Assembly: GCF_006345805.1 (NCBI RefSeq)
Contig: NC_042997.1
Span: 66,154,001-66,218,000, forward strand
Length of the DNA: 64,000 nt
From: Octopus sinensis
Taxonomy: Eukaryota
Direction: 5' to 3'
In this document: one piece after another, positions 37,655 through 50,254 of the stretch
Layout of the letters: each line of letters begins with the position of its first letter
Position numbering within the stretch: the first letter of the stretch is position 1
Notes under the pieces: generated by a model
The model's database searches: none
What the model was told of the DNA's origin: nothing
The model's input: the letters and a program-made list of their open reading frames with translations, nothing else
Program-made: the position numbers and the translations under genes

Positions 37655-40035
37655 TAGTTCCATTCAACCAACTCGCTTCAGAGTCAGCCCATTGGCACAA
37701 CATTTGCCAACCCATCCATCAATGAGAACAGTAATTGCCTGCTGCTCCTATGCTGCTACAATAATCTCTCTATTGTTGACACCTGGTTCCCCTGTAAATC
37801 TATCCATCACTGGACTTAGTACAGCCTGGACAGCTACACCAAGAAGAACAATCAACCACATCATCATCTCCTGCAGCTGGAGGTCATTTGTCACTAACTG
37901 CCGGGTCTACAGAAGAGCTCAACTTGGCAATACCAGTCACCCTTTGCTGGCTGCAACACTTAAGCTGAAGTTGCAAGCAGACTCTGCCACCAAGTACCAG
38001 CCCAACCCTGTCTCATCCTGTCTCCATAACCCAACATTGCCTCTACATTCAATTGCTCCATCACCAATCACTTCAGCATCCTGGCCAAGGATGAGACTGA
38101 CAACTAGGAGATCTGTCAATCATGTGTCAACCAGTCTGCATGTGATGTCCTGATAAACTCAAGACTTCTTTCCAAATGGCCCTGTATTTCATTGCAGATG
38201 CAGGAGAAAAACAACTGTAGCCACAAGGCTTACCTACAAGGTCATCACAGATGACTGAGAGAAGTTCTGGGAGGAAGAAGCTGGGTGCTTGGAGGCAGCA
38301 GCAAGGAACAATGACATCAGCCATGAGTTCAACATGCTCTGCAAAGCTTGTGCCCTGGTGAAGGATATTAATGGCCGTCTTCACTATAGAAACTGCCCAC
38401 CTTGGACACCAGAAGGAGCACTTGTTTTCTTTATCCAATCAATCCCAGTCTAACCGTCATCACAGACACAGCTCCAACTAACAATACTTGCAGACTTGAT
38501 GTTGTCACTCCAGAAAATGTCAGTACTGCTCTGAAGAAGCTCAACAATTGCAAAGCCCCTAGAATCTGCACTACTACCATGAAAATGTTGAAAGTGGGCA
38601 GAGAAAACATGACCCAATGGTTCATGCGTATCATCAATCATGTATAGGTGTCAGAGCTGCTCCCAAATGACCAAACTTGGGGCATCAACTCCCCCTTCTG
38701 AAAACAGAAGGGTGACAAATTTGACTGCAACAACCACAAGGGCATCACCCTCCTCTCCATCCTAGGCAGGCTCTTCACAAGGATCCTCTTCAGTCATGCT
38801 CTTCTTGCCATTAGAAGCAGATGCCACCCAAAATAAGCCAGGTTCATGCCAAATTAATCTACAGCTAGCCATATTTTTGCCCTTAATCTCATTTTTGAAA
38901 GATCTCAGGAGTTCTGCAAGGATCACCACCTCTACATTGCTTTTATCAACCTCAAGGCAGCATTCAACAGTCAACCACACAACCCTTTGGAAAATTTTCA
39001 AGCTCATCAGCAAGCCTCCCATGAACACCACCCTGTTCTAATGGTGAGGGCTGTATGCTGGAGAACAGGAAGGACTCCGACTAGTTTGCCATCAACAGTG
39101 GTGTCAAATAGGACTGTGTGGCCACACCTGATCTTTTCAACTGTGTCATCAATTATCCAATAACCAAGATCTATGAGCAAATTTTAGGCATCAACTTCCG
39201 GAAATACCACCTTACAAAACTAGAGTATGCAAATGATACTACACTATTCAACAACTTGATCAACCAGCTCAGAGGTACACTGACCATTTACTGAGAGTAA
39301 TCAGCAAAGTTAAGCCTTCAGGTAAGTTGGGTGAAGACCAAGCTGATGCATGTTGACCTGGATCCTCCTCCACTCCATATTGAGCCCAATGTCAAGGAGT
39401 TTGTCAGTTCCTTCATCTACCTGGGCTCCACAGTCCCCAACAATGGAGACCTGACCCCAGAGATCAACCGCAGATATGGTCCAGTCACCAGGGTCATATA
39501 CTCCCAATGGAAGCCCATCTGGTGCCACTGTTCTATATCCCAGAATACAAAGCTCTGCATCTACAATGCATTGGTCCTCTCACTTCTCCATGGAGCAGAA
39601 ATGTGGCCCCTCACTAAGACCCTGACAAAGAGGATCAATGGCTTTAATACAGAGTGCTGAGAACCATCAAGAATGTCAGATGGTACCATCACGTTTCCAA
39701 TGAAGAACTGCATACATCAGCCCACAGCCTCCCACTTCTGCTGCATACACTGGAATGGACATGTCCTCTGCCTCTCTCCAGATCATGCTACCAGGGCCTT
39801 ACTCTCACTCAGCACAGCAGCTGCAGACTGGAAGAGGACTCGCGGGAAGCCCTGCACAAGATGACTGGATGTGATTAAGGAAGATCTCCATGTCATCTTG
39901 GAGGATGCAGCGGCGATGGCACAGGACCACCAGAATGGGGAGCACAGGTGAATATGGTCGGCTCTATGCACGATGATGCCTCTGAGATCACTAAACTGGG
40001 ATGATCCCAGACCCACCAAGCAAGAGCATGAAGCA
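37655..40035 (+). mobile_element. RTE-clade LINE, 5'-truncated and inactivated (end of APE endonuclease plus RT)
   Basis: NHIIISCSWRSFVTNCRVYRRAQLGNTSH, KAPRIC, NNHKGITLLSILG, EYANDT (YADD-like), FIYLGSTV, HGAEMWPLTK; 3' end caagcaag...gaagcaag. Confidence 0.85.
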
Positions 40036-40059
40036 AGGAAAAAGCATATTTCACAATGA

Positions 40060-40650
40060 TATTTCATTCTACATTATTTATATTATACTACCATACTATT
40101 CTCTTCCACAATATTAATGTTGTACTTAGATGATATTTCACAATATCTATATTGTACTGCTACGATATTCCTTTCCACAATTTTAATGATGTTTTGTGAT
40201 GATATTCCTCAATATATAGATTATATTGTTATAATACTACACAACATTTATACTATACTATTATAACATTCCATCGTAGAATACTTACACTATCCAGCTA
40301 CAATATTCTATTCCACAATATGTATACTACATTGCTAAAATATTCCATGATATTTATAAAACACTGCTTAAATATTCCACAATATTTATACTACATTACT
40401 ATGCTATTTCATTTTTCCATATTTATTCTATATTACGATAATATTTCACAATATTTACACTATAATGCTATGGTATTCAATAGTATTCCATTACATTCAA
40501 GTTGTACTCTTTCACAAAATTTTGCTATAGTATTCAAACACAATTATACTATGCTGTCATACCATTCCACCACTTTTATGCTGTACTATTCCATTACATT
40601 TATTCTATTCTATTCCACCAAATTTATGCTATATTCTATAGAAAAAGAGA
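40060..40650. repeat. G-poor AT-rich cryptic repeat (tattc/tatta/cac motifs)
   Basis: Recurrent tattccac, atatttc and tactat motifs, with strong strand asymmetry. Confidence 0.7.
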
Positions 40651-41185
40651 AAAAAAAAAGAAAACAGATTCACTTGCAGCAATATTGATTAAGTTGCTAT
40701 ATGTAGTTAGAGTTTTGAATAGATTGTTTTTTCATACGACATCAAAAGGGCAAATAGAGGAGGTCTGGGAATTTAATCTGAGTTGATTGCCTTATTAAAT
40801 TAGTATTGAGAGGAACAGCGATTGACAGACAGTTGGCAGGAATTTGGCAATTTCTATATGTAGGAAAGGGAACAAGGCAGAATTTCTTTCGTTTGTCTCA
40901 AATATAGAGACAGATATTTTCAAATTTGCCATTTATATATTACAGTGCTAGAAACAGCAGTAAAATCTACATTCAAATCACACACTGCTATCTTTTGAAA
41001 AAAATGGACACATTGCACTATGCTGTCCATGCTCCACAATCACATAGGAAAAAAACAGTCACAATGCCCTTGATCATAAGGTTCTCCTATTAGAGTTAGC
41101 CTGGAGTTAAATATCATCCAACAAAGAAGAAGGAATGGGTAAGTAAATTATTATCCGTTGTAAGAATATCTGTCAACATATATTT

Positions 41186-41350
41186 ATGTGTGTGTGTGTG
41201 CATGTGTGCATATGCGTGTGTGTGTGTGTGCATGTGTGCATATGCATGTGTGTGTGTGTGTGCATGTGTGCATATGCGTGTGTGTGTGTGTGCATATGCG
41301 TGTGTGTGTGCATATGCGTGTGTGTGCATGCATATGCATGTTTGTGTGTG
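41186..41350. repeat. Alternating purine-pyrimidine minisatellite
   Basis: Units of (gt)n-gcatgtgtgcatatgc. Confidence 0.85.
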
Positions 41351-41540
41351 TGTGTGCTGGTGCCATGTAAAAAGTACTCAGTCCACTCTGTAAGGTAGTT
41401 GGTGTTGGGAAGGACATCCAGCTGTAAAAACAATATTAAAACAGAGTGAAACCTGATGCATTCTTCTGCCTAGCCAGCTCTGGTCAAACAGTCCAACCCA
41501 TGCCAGCATGGAAAACAGATGTTAAATGATGATGATGGTG
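41345..41540 (+). mobile_element. Family B short retroposon
   Basis: gctggtgccatgtaaaaagtactc...ccaacccatgccagcatggaaaacagatgttaaatgatgat. Confidence 0.75.
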
Positions 41541-41571
41541 ATATGTGTGCGTGCGTGTGTGCATATATATA

Positions 41572-41824
41572 TCTTATAACTTATAAAATTGTAATAGTAG
41601 GGTGGGATATTTTGGAATAAAATGAGAAGGGTGCCAGAGTGTTAGTGCGAGGGAAATAAGGAGGTACAGGCAGAGTGACTGATGTCAGGGAAGGGGAAAA
41701 CAGAGTTGTGCAAGCAACAAATATAGAGTGGCAGTGGGATGGTAATGTTAAAAAGCTTTGTGATATTATTGTTAATTCTCTGAGTCATTAACTTAGTTAA
41801 ATTGAGCAACACCGGGTATTTTAG

Positions 41825-41828
<4 letters not shown>
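41572..41828 (+). mobile_element. Non-autonomous Helitron
   Basis: Inserted between A and T, starts TC, and ends gagcaacaccgggtattttagCTAG with a GC-rich subterminal motif. Confidence 0.65.
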
Positions 41829-41869
<41 letters not shown>

Positions 41870-41875
<6 letters not shown>

Positions 41876-42108
41876 TAATAAAAGGAATTCCAATTAAAAA
41901 TTGTGAAGCATGACTGTCACCACTACTATATGAACCTGAAGATTGCATAATTTAATGCATGAAAGTACTAGTTCAATCAGAATGAACATTTAACATTCTA
42001 TTATTTTATTTTATTTTATTATATTATATTATATTATATTATATCATTATAAGATTGTAAATAAAACGTGAAAATCAGACAAGGTTGGAATTCCTTTTAT
42101 TAATATAT
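41870..42108. mobile_element. MITE with a perfect 24-bp TIR in a TA context
   Basis: atatattaataaaaggaattccaa and its reverse complement at 42085-42108. Confidence 0.75.
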
Positions 42109-42950
42109 TCTTCTATACACAATCACACACACCCGTATATATATATATATATAGTTATGGTATATTTTGTTTAGAAAGTAGTAGTAGAGCACAGTATAAA
42201 GTTCATCCACCTTCAGATTTCACTCTGTGCTACCCAGTAGTACTATCATATGTAGTTCCCTGTGCTATCAAATAGTAGTATTATACATACTTCCAGGTTT
42301 GCATTTGGGCTTCTTTCGTGTGTGAATAGATAACTGAAAAACTTGGAGTCAACAAGATGGCGTACAAGATGAAAATAAATGTCCAACCATACTCCTTCTT
42401 GTTGACTCCAAATTTTTGCAATTATATATATATATATTATGGCCGTAGACTGACAAAAGCCTTGTGAATGAATTTGGTAGACAGAAACTGAAAGAAGCCC
42501 ATTATATATAGCCAAGTATATGGCTAGTATGGGGCCTGTACATATAAGAAAGAAAACATGGGCTAGATGTGTGTGTGGGGGGTTAATACAATAAAAACAA
42601 GAGCCAAAGCCTAAGGATTTTTGTCTTGCAAGTTACAAGGTGATCCTGCCAATGCTGGTGCCACTTAAAAAGCACTTAGTCTACTCTGCTGAATGTTTGG
42701 TGTTAGGAAAGGCATCCAGCCATAAAGAGCATGCCAAAACAGACAGTGAAGCATGGTCTTTTACCTAGCCAGCTCCTATCAACCCGTCCAACCCATGCCA
42801 GCATGAAAACAGACGTTAAATGATGATGATGAGGAGGATGACGATGATGATGATGATAGTGTGTGTGAGTGTGTGTGCATGTGTAATACTTTGCTTATGT
42901 ATTTTGGCAAAAGCAAAAAGTGACAAACAAATGCTTTTGAACAAAAATAC

Positions 42951-42991
42951 CTGGTGCTATTAGTTCCTTACAAGTTGTAGAGATATTCCCA
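42951..42991 (-). CDS. Candidate 41-nt exon
   Basis: Acceptor cattttttatag, donor CAG|gtattt. One open frame, GNISTTCKELIAP. Confidence 0.22.
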
Positions 42992-43639
42992 CTATAAAAA
43001 ATGCAGTGAACTTGTCATTGGTCCATTGTAAAGCTGTAAACAACCATTATATTGATCACAAAATGCAATATAAAACTTTTAAAATAAAAAAAAAAAGAAA
43101 ATTATAGTAAAGCAAGCCCCAAGATCCAAGGACACGATGGTAAATAATAAATAATAAATTATAAGTTCTCTTTAGTAGGACTTACCACCACAACTCATAC
43201 CACCACCACCACCACCATCTTCATCATTATGTTTGTATTCAACTATAAATCATATTGTTATTATCGTTAAGTAGCTTCAGTCAGCTGTGCCTGTAAGATC
43301 TGACATACATCTACTACTCAAATATTCAAACACAACCTACAGGTAAATGAATAAATGAATAAATATAAATAAATAAGAACGCTGAGGAGAAGTGAAACTG
43401 ATCTAAAATTGATTAATTTCATTGAGTGCTTAAACCAAAGTGAAAGGCATTTATAAATAAATGTGTTTAAGCTGTGTGTTAAGTCATCTGAACATGTGTT
43501 TTGATCATGTTTAAGTCTTTACTTAATCATAACCGAAAGTACTTGTGACACTAAATAAAACACCAAATGGCATGCAATAAGCTTCATAATATTTCTTATC
43601 AAACTGTCAATCACTGAATTATATTTCTCCATCTTTTAT

Positions 43640-44000
43640 CTTTTATGCATTTCATGAACTGCAGCCATGCTGGAGCACCACCTTCAAGGGTTTAGTCAAA
43701 CAAATTGACCCCATACTTATTCCATCAGTTTCTGTCTTTCTCTTTTGCCAGACCACTAAGTTACAGGGACATAAACAAACCAACACCTGTTATCTAGCAG
43801 TAGTGGCAGACAAACACAGACATATACACAAACACACACACACATTGCAGGCTTCTTTCGGTTTCCATTTATCAAATTCATTCACAAGGCTTTAGTTAGC
43901 CCAGGGCTATAGTAGACAACACTTGCACAAGGTGTTGCACAATGGGACTGAACCTAGAACCAGGTGGTCAGGAAGCAATCTTCTTACTACACACCAGTGC
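43640..44000 (-). mobile_element. SINE family A copy
   Basis: Reverse-complement match to the family A modules. Confidence 0.8.
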
Positions 44001-44069
44001 CTTGAGCTGAAAAACTGCTTAAATAAGGAAGGTTGATTTCATAAAGTGTTAATTTTAGGACCTTTTCTC

Positions 44070-45685
44070 TGTTACTTGTTTCAGTCATTTGACTGTGACC
44101 ATGCTAAGGCACCACCTTCAAGGGTTTTGGTTGAACAAATTGGCTCCGGAACTTATTTTGCTTAAAGACTGGTACTTATCCTATCACTCTCCTTGCTGGA
44201 CCACTAAGTTACAGAGACATAAACACACCAACACCAGTTGTCAAACAGTGGTGGGAGACAAACACACACACACACACATATATATTTATATTTACGTACA
44301 CACACACACACACACAGGGGTTGGACAAAATAATGCAAACACCTTAAAATTTCAAACAAACTTATTTCAGTATGGGGTAGGACAGCGTTTGGCAGTAATT
44401 ACAGCTTGAATTCTACGAGGTATGGACTCATACAAAGTTTGAATTGTTTCCAAAGGAATTTTTGCCCATTCTTCAGCTAAAACAGTTTCCAGTTCTTGTA
44501 GTGATGATGGTGGAGGATATCAACTCCTTACTTGTTTTACTAAAACATACCATGAATGTTTAATAATATTGAGATCTGGGGACTGTGGTGGCCAGATAAG
44601 ATGTTCAACTTCACTAGAATGTTCCTTGTGCCATGCAGTAACAACTTTAGCTGGGTGAATTGGTGCATTATCCTCCTGAAAGATTATATTTCCCTCCAGA
44701 AACAGTTCCACAACTATAGGATGAATTTGATCAGATAAAATGCTTAAATAGTCTTGACTATTAATTCTGCCATGAAGGGAAACCACTGGGCCAGCAGATT
44801 TCCAAGATATAGCTCCCCAGATCATCATGGATCCTCCTCCATGTTTAACAGTTGGAAGAAGGCAGTCTGGGTCATATACTCAACCGGTGGTTGGAAATAA
44901 GGTACAGGATGACTCGTCTGAGAAAATAACATTCTTCCACTGCTCTAGGGACCAGTTCTGTAGGTTTTTACTCCACTCTAAACACTTTGGAACATTTGTT
45001 TTTGAAAGTAATGGTTTTCTAATTGCAGCCCTCCTGTGAAATCTGGCTTTGTGCAGCTCCCAGCGAACAGTTTTCATGGAAACTGAGTTCTCGAGGTGGT
45101 CATTAAGCTCTGCAGTAATTTTGAGAGCTGTACATTTGTGATCCTTTCTTACAATTCACATAAGAATCCAACAGTCTCTATCTGAAAATTTTGGTTGTCT
45201 ACCGGAGTTTTGTTTTGACGAGGAGGTTTTTCCCTCTTTCTCAAAGGCTGTCATTACTTTCAAGACAGTACTTCTTGATACACTAAACATTTCAGCTGTT
45301 TTCATTACACTAGTGCCTGCCATACAAGCACCAACAATTTGACCTCTTTGAAAATCCAATAGATTTGTCATTTTAATGAATTTTAATTACCTTTTTCTAA
45401 TGATATCTAAAAAGAAACAGCAATTTTAGCAAAACATTAAGCAACACTAATAATAAATTAAAAAACATAAAAATAAACAAGCTTTTGACAGTTTTATAGA
45501 TATTTCATAATTATGATGCTATGTGTTTCCATTATTTTGTCCAACCCCTGTATATAGACGTCAGGCTTCTTTCAGTCTCACTCTACCAAATCCACTCACA
45601 AAGCTTTGCCCAAAGTGCCATGTAGTGGGACTGAACCTGGAACCATGTGGTTAGAAAGCAAGTTTCTTACTACACAGCTATGACG
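44070..45685 (-). mobile_element. SINE family A copy split by a Tc1 insertion
   Basis: The tail half is 44070-44314 and the head half is 45551-45685. Confidence 0.75.
44315..45550 (-). mobile_element. Near full-length Tc1 transposon (1236 bp), transposase disrupted
   Basis: TIR caggggttggacaaaataatg(c/g)aaacac at both ends. HTH peptide DFQRGQIVGA...SGR, RRAAIRKPLL, WKNVIFSDES, IWGAIS, FQEDNAPIH, WPPQSPDLNII. Confidence 0.92.
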
Positions 45686-45919
45686 GAGTAAATTTTTTTT
45701 TTTTTTTTAAGTACGGCTTTTAAAGAATATTACAGCTGTTGAACAGACAGAAGTTCCAACAGATGTGTTTTGTTTATGATTAAAACTGAGATATTAAATA
45801 ATAGAACTCTCAAAACACAGCAGGGTTACTTCATTATTTAAATACAATTGGTTCTAAACAGACTTTGTTCATAATGAAATTACAATAATCTCAACTGCTG
45901 TGAGACAGATGAGGTTAGC

Positions 45920-46260
45920 CAAAATTAGTCATTGTTATTATTATTTAGCCTTAGGACTTTCCTGATCAAGAAAACCTATGATCAAAATGCATTTCAACCA
46001 TGACCATCCTATGTCTTCTTTTTTGGTGGTGGTGGTGATAGTGGGGGGACTCTTTAGTTACAGTATATCGAGGACCACATTATCCAATGTATCTTTTACT
46101 AATGACACTTGGGTAGAATTTGATAAAGATTTAACCTCTGTTGAGCAACTACATGTAGGCTCTTTCACAAAACAAACTATGATCACAAGCACTATCTAAT
46201 GTGTCCTCCATTTTGTTTTAAGATAGCAGGGTTTGATTTAAGGAATATTTCACTGCTATT
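45920..46260 (-). mobile_element. Family E retroposon segment
   Basis: Reverse complement carries gcagtgaaatattccttaaatcaaaccctgctatc...ggatggtcatggttgaaatgc...ctaaataataat. Related plus-strand copies lie at 3660-3850, 22500-22710 and 40920-41110. Confidence 0.6.
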
Positions 46261-47169
46261 TTTTGAAGTTCAATGACCTCAAACATTTGCTGCTGTTGGT
46301 TAATTGAGTTAATACATGGACTTAAATTCTTACTATGTAATCATCTCACTAACATTAACTAGTAATAACATCAGGAAAAAAATGCGTAAACACCATTACT
46401 TCTGCTTCTTATTTCTTAAAAACCCTTTTACTAAGAAACAGTTATTTTCTTACATCATCATCCCATTCATTTAACTTGTAAATAATTCATTTACCAGAGC
46501 ACACTTTCTTTTTAAGCACAAACATATATTGATTGTATGAGTGCGTGTGTGTGGGAGGGGGTGTAACATCAAGTTTATAGAAATTGTGTGCATATATACT
46601 TTTCTCTTTTTTTTTTGTAGTTCTTATTTATTGATTTTATATATTTGTTTCTTTTGCACATCAACTAGTTTATTGAGACAGAATATCACAAAATGATTAT
46701 TTTCGAACCATTTGAATTAGTTGAATACAGTTGTGCAACTGGTTTGTTTGCTTCCTTATAAAAAGGGGTCTACTCTGAACAGAGATAAATTATCAACCAT
46801 GTTGTTAGCCCCAACATTATCAAAGAGTAGTTGCATGGCTGTTCTAAATCACCAATTAAGAAAAGAGTTTTTGTGAAAACAAAGATTTACCAATCCAACC
46901 ATCCATCTATCCATCCTTCCATCCATGCATCTACCCAGCCATTCTATCCAAACAGAAGAAACAAATATTCAATATATGTTGCATAGATCATATTCATTAA
47001 GAATTATTTGATGATTCACTCCTTTGTTGTTCAAGTTTTGTACCTGGCTAGAGTTACATGCACCGTTGTTTGTGCCCCATTTGATGAACTATCTTACTCA
47101 CCAAACAACACCTGAATGAGTGTACATGCATCATTACATGTGTGTGAAACTGAGTAACAATGGAGTACA

Positions 47170-47585
47170 TGCAGGTGTGGCTGTGTGGCATGAAGTTTGC
47201 TTTCCAACCACATAGTTCCAGGTTCAGTCCCATTGTGTATCACCTTGGGAAAGTATCTTCTACTATAGCCTCAGGCTGACCAAAGCCATGTAAGTGGATT
47301 TGGTAGATGGAAATTGAAAGAAGCTTGTTGTGTGTTTGTGTGTGTGTGTACATGTATGTATCTGTGTGCGTTTCTTTGTTTCTGCGTTTATCTCCCATCA
47401 CCGCTTGACAATTGATGCTGGTGTGTTTACATCCCTGTAACTTAGCGGTTCAGCAAAGAGCCCAATAGAAAAAGTACTAGACTCTAGAAAAAAGTCCTGG
47501 GGTCGAGTTGTTCAACTAAAGCCCTTCAAGGTGGTGCCCCAACATGGCTGCAGTCAAATGACTGAAACAAATAAAAAAAGTAAAG
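47170..47585 (+). mobile_element. Full-length SINE family A copy
   Basis: gcaggtgtggctgtgtggcatgaagtttgc...ccccaacatggctgcagtcaaatgactgaaacaa. Confidence 0.85.
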
Positions 47586-48398
47586 GATATATATATATAT
47601 AGTACTGGGGTCATTTAGTGTGACTAAGATTCTTTAAGATGGTGCCCAGCATGGCCACAGTCTAAGGACTAAAACAAGTAAAAGATACATTTAATCCTGA
47701 ACTGTAAACCTAACAAAAGAAAACATATTTCCATGATCTTTCAATTTGAAATTCTACCCACATCTATCACTACCTACACATTATACTATCCACAATATAT
47801 TTTCACATTAGTGCACTCAACCATCACAGTACTACAAGCAGATGAGGGAACCTCTACATGGTCACTGAAGCTGCTAGAAATAGAAAGCCAAATTTCTTTT
47901 GTGCTACATTGTACAACCTAAAAGAAATGAAGAATATATATAAGGGAATATAATTTCAGATATATATCATGGCACCCCCCCCCCAAAAAAATAAAAAGGA
48001 TATTTACACCTAGAACGCCTTTGATCATAGGTAAATGGTTGATCTGAGGTCAAACAACAACAACTCTTGGTGCTGGTGCCATATAAAAAAAGCACCTTGT
48101 ATACTCTGTAAATTGGTTGGCATTAGGAAGCGCATCCAGCTGTAAAAACCAAGCCAAAACAGACTATGGAACCTGATGCAGCTCATCCAACCCATGCCAG
48201 CATGGAAAACAGAAGTTAGATGTGAATGATGATGCTGATGAACCCTTATACTAGTATGTTCTGAGAGGAGACTATACAACACTGACATTTATAGGGTGAC
48301 CACAGCAATTATGAATTTCAGATACATAACAACAACCATGCTAATTAGTAATATCTTAAAACAAACAAAACATGGCTTCAATAATAAATAAAACTCAC

Positions 48399-48451
48399 TT
48401 GCCATTACAAACTTCAGCAAGTCTATCAACCCCTGTACTCCATCCTCCAAT
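48399..48451 (-). CDS. Candidate 53-nt exon
   Basis: Donor AA|gtgagt and a weaker AAG acceptor after ttttttcatct. Open frame IGGWSTGVDRLAEVCNG. Confidence 0.2.
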
Positions 48452-48689
48452 CTTTCACAGATGAAAAAATATTGATTATCCCACCAATTAATTGCACTAC
48501 ATTTCTAATTAACCTGTAGAGATGCCATATCCAAAACCTCCAAGATCCAAGTTTTCTCAAATGCTATGTGGAGAGGCAGAAGATTCTGTCCTGCTATCCT
48601 ATTGTCGTGTCATCTTGAACATGAAACATCAGTTTCACATCCTCATCATCAATGTTTTAACATCTGTTTTATGCACATATCTAAGGGTA

Positions 48690-49022
48690 AAAGGATAAAG
48701 ACCCCACTTCAGTCATGAATGACCATGGGTTGCACCAAGAAAGTTACCCTCCAAGACACAAGTCTGAGCAAGGTTGTTTATGGAAGACCAGCAGTTGCCC
48801 ATGCATACCAGTCTCCCCTCTCCATCCCACAGATGTTATCTAAAGGAATGGCAAAGGCTGATATAGCAGTGACGTTGCAATTCATTTCTATAGCTGAGTA
48901 AACTGAAGCAACGTGAAATAAATTGCCTTGCTCAAGAACACAACACACAGCTCAGTCTGAGAATCAAACTCTCTACCTCATGATTTTGAGCTCAACACTC
49001 TAAAAACTGAGCTATGTGCCTT
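48690..49022 (-). mobile_element. SINE family D copy
   Basis: Reverse-complement match to 13460-13785. Confidence 0.8.
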
Positions 49023-49719
49023 CACATACCTATAGAGATACATAAATAGGTATACAAACATGGTCACACCCACAGATATCTATATATACTCAAATATATA
49101 CCCATACAAATATGTATATATAAAAACCTTGCATATACACACAGGCATACAATTACATTTTATCTATAGTTTCATGGACATTGTCCAAAAGTTTGTAAAC
49201 ATGTTATGCAGACACTTTTATACTGATTATCCACATAAACTTAAATATTCTAAGAATAGCATATAACAACCCAATGATCTCCACTTCATAGAAAATATAA
49301 ATACCACATTCCAAAAATGACAATTAAACAGGCTGGAAATATTCTCAACCAGAATAAAATTAAAAACTACAATACTTTTATACAAACAATAAGATATAAT
49401 ATATTTCATGGACATCACCTGTTCTTCCTGGTGTTTTCCACTCTATCAACCACAAACTTCAAAACGCAACTAACTATTCAAAGCAATGCATGTTGTATTA
49501 CACGGTTAAGAAGTCAGCTTTCAGGCATCATGATTTTGGCATCAATCTCATAGTGTGAGACCTTAAACAAGTATCTTATACTATAACCTTGAACTAATCA
49601 ATGCCTCATGAATGAATTTTGTACATGGAAACACTTCAGAAGTTAGCCATTTATGTGCATGTGTACACATATATACATACATATGTACAGAGTGTTAGGT
49701 GTGGTGTACAGAAATTGAA

Positions 49720-50247
49720 TATTGAGAAAAAAAGTCGTCAAAATTTTGGAAAAAATTTTTTTTATCTTCATTATTATTATTAGCGCTTTCGTTCGTTACT
49801 TGAACTTGCCAAATTCAATTTTGTAAATGTCCAAACAGCTTGTTCATTTATATAAAACCTGTTTTTTGGGGGTTTTGTTTAGAAGAAGAGAACACTGTTT
49901 TTGTTTTTTTTGTTTTTTTTTTTGGGGGGGGGGGTGAGGCTCCATGACAATATAAACAGACAGATAGACAGATACCTATCTATCTGTCTGACTATCTATC
50001 AGCCTATCTACCTACCTATATTTCTATCTATCTATCTCTATTGTCATGGAATCATACCCCAAAAAATAAAAAAAAATGTTCTCTTCTAAACAAAACCCCC
50101 AAAAATATCTGTTTTATATAAATGTACAAGCTCTTTGTACATTCACAAAATTTTATTCGACAAGTTCAAGAAACGAAAGAAAGTGCTAATAATAATGAAG
50201 AAATAAAAAGATTTTTTTCCAAAATTCTGACAACTTTTTCTTCAATA
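49720..50247. mobile_element. Foldback element with arms of about 230/210 bp and an 86-bp tetranucleotide-repeat spacer
   Basis: The left arm (49720-49952) and right arm (50039-50247) are diverged reverse complements. Confidence 0.8.
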
Positions 50248-50254
50248 TATATAC

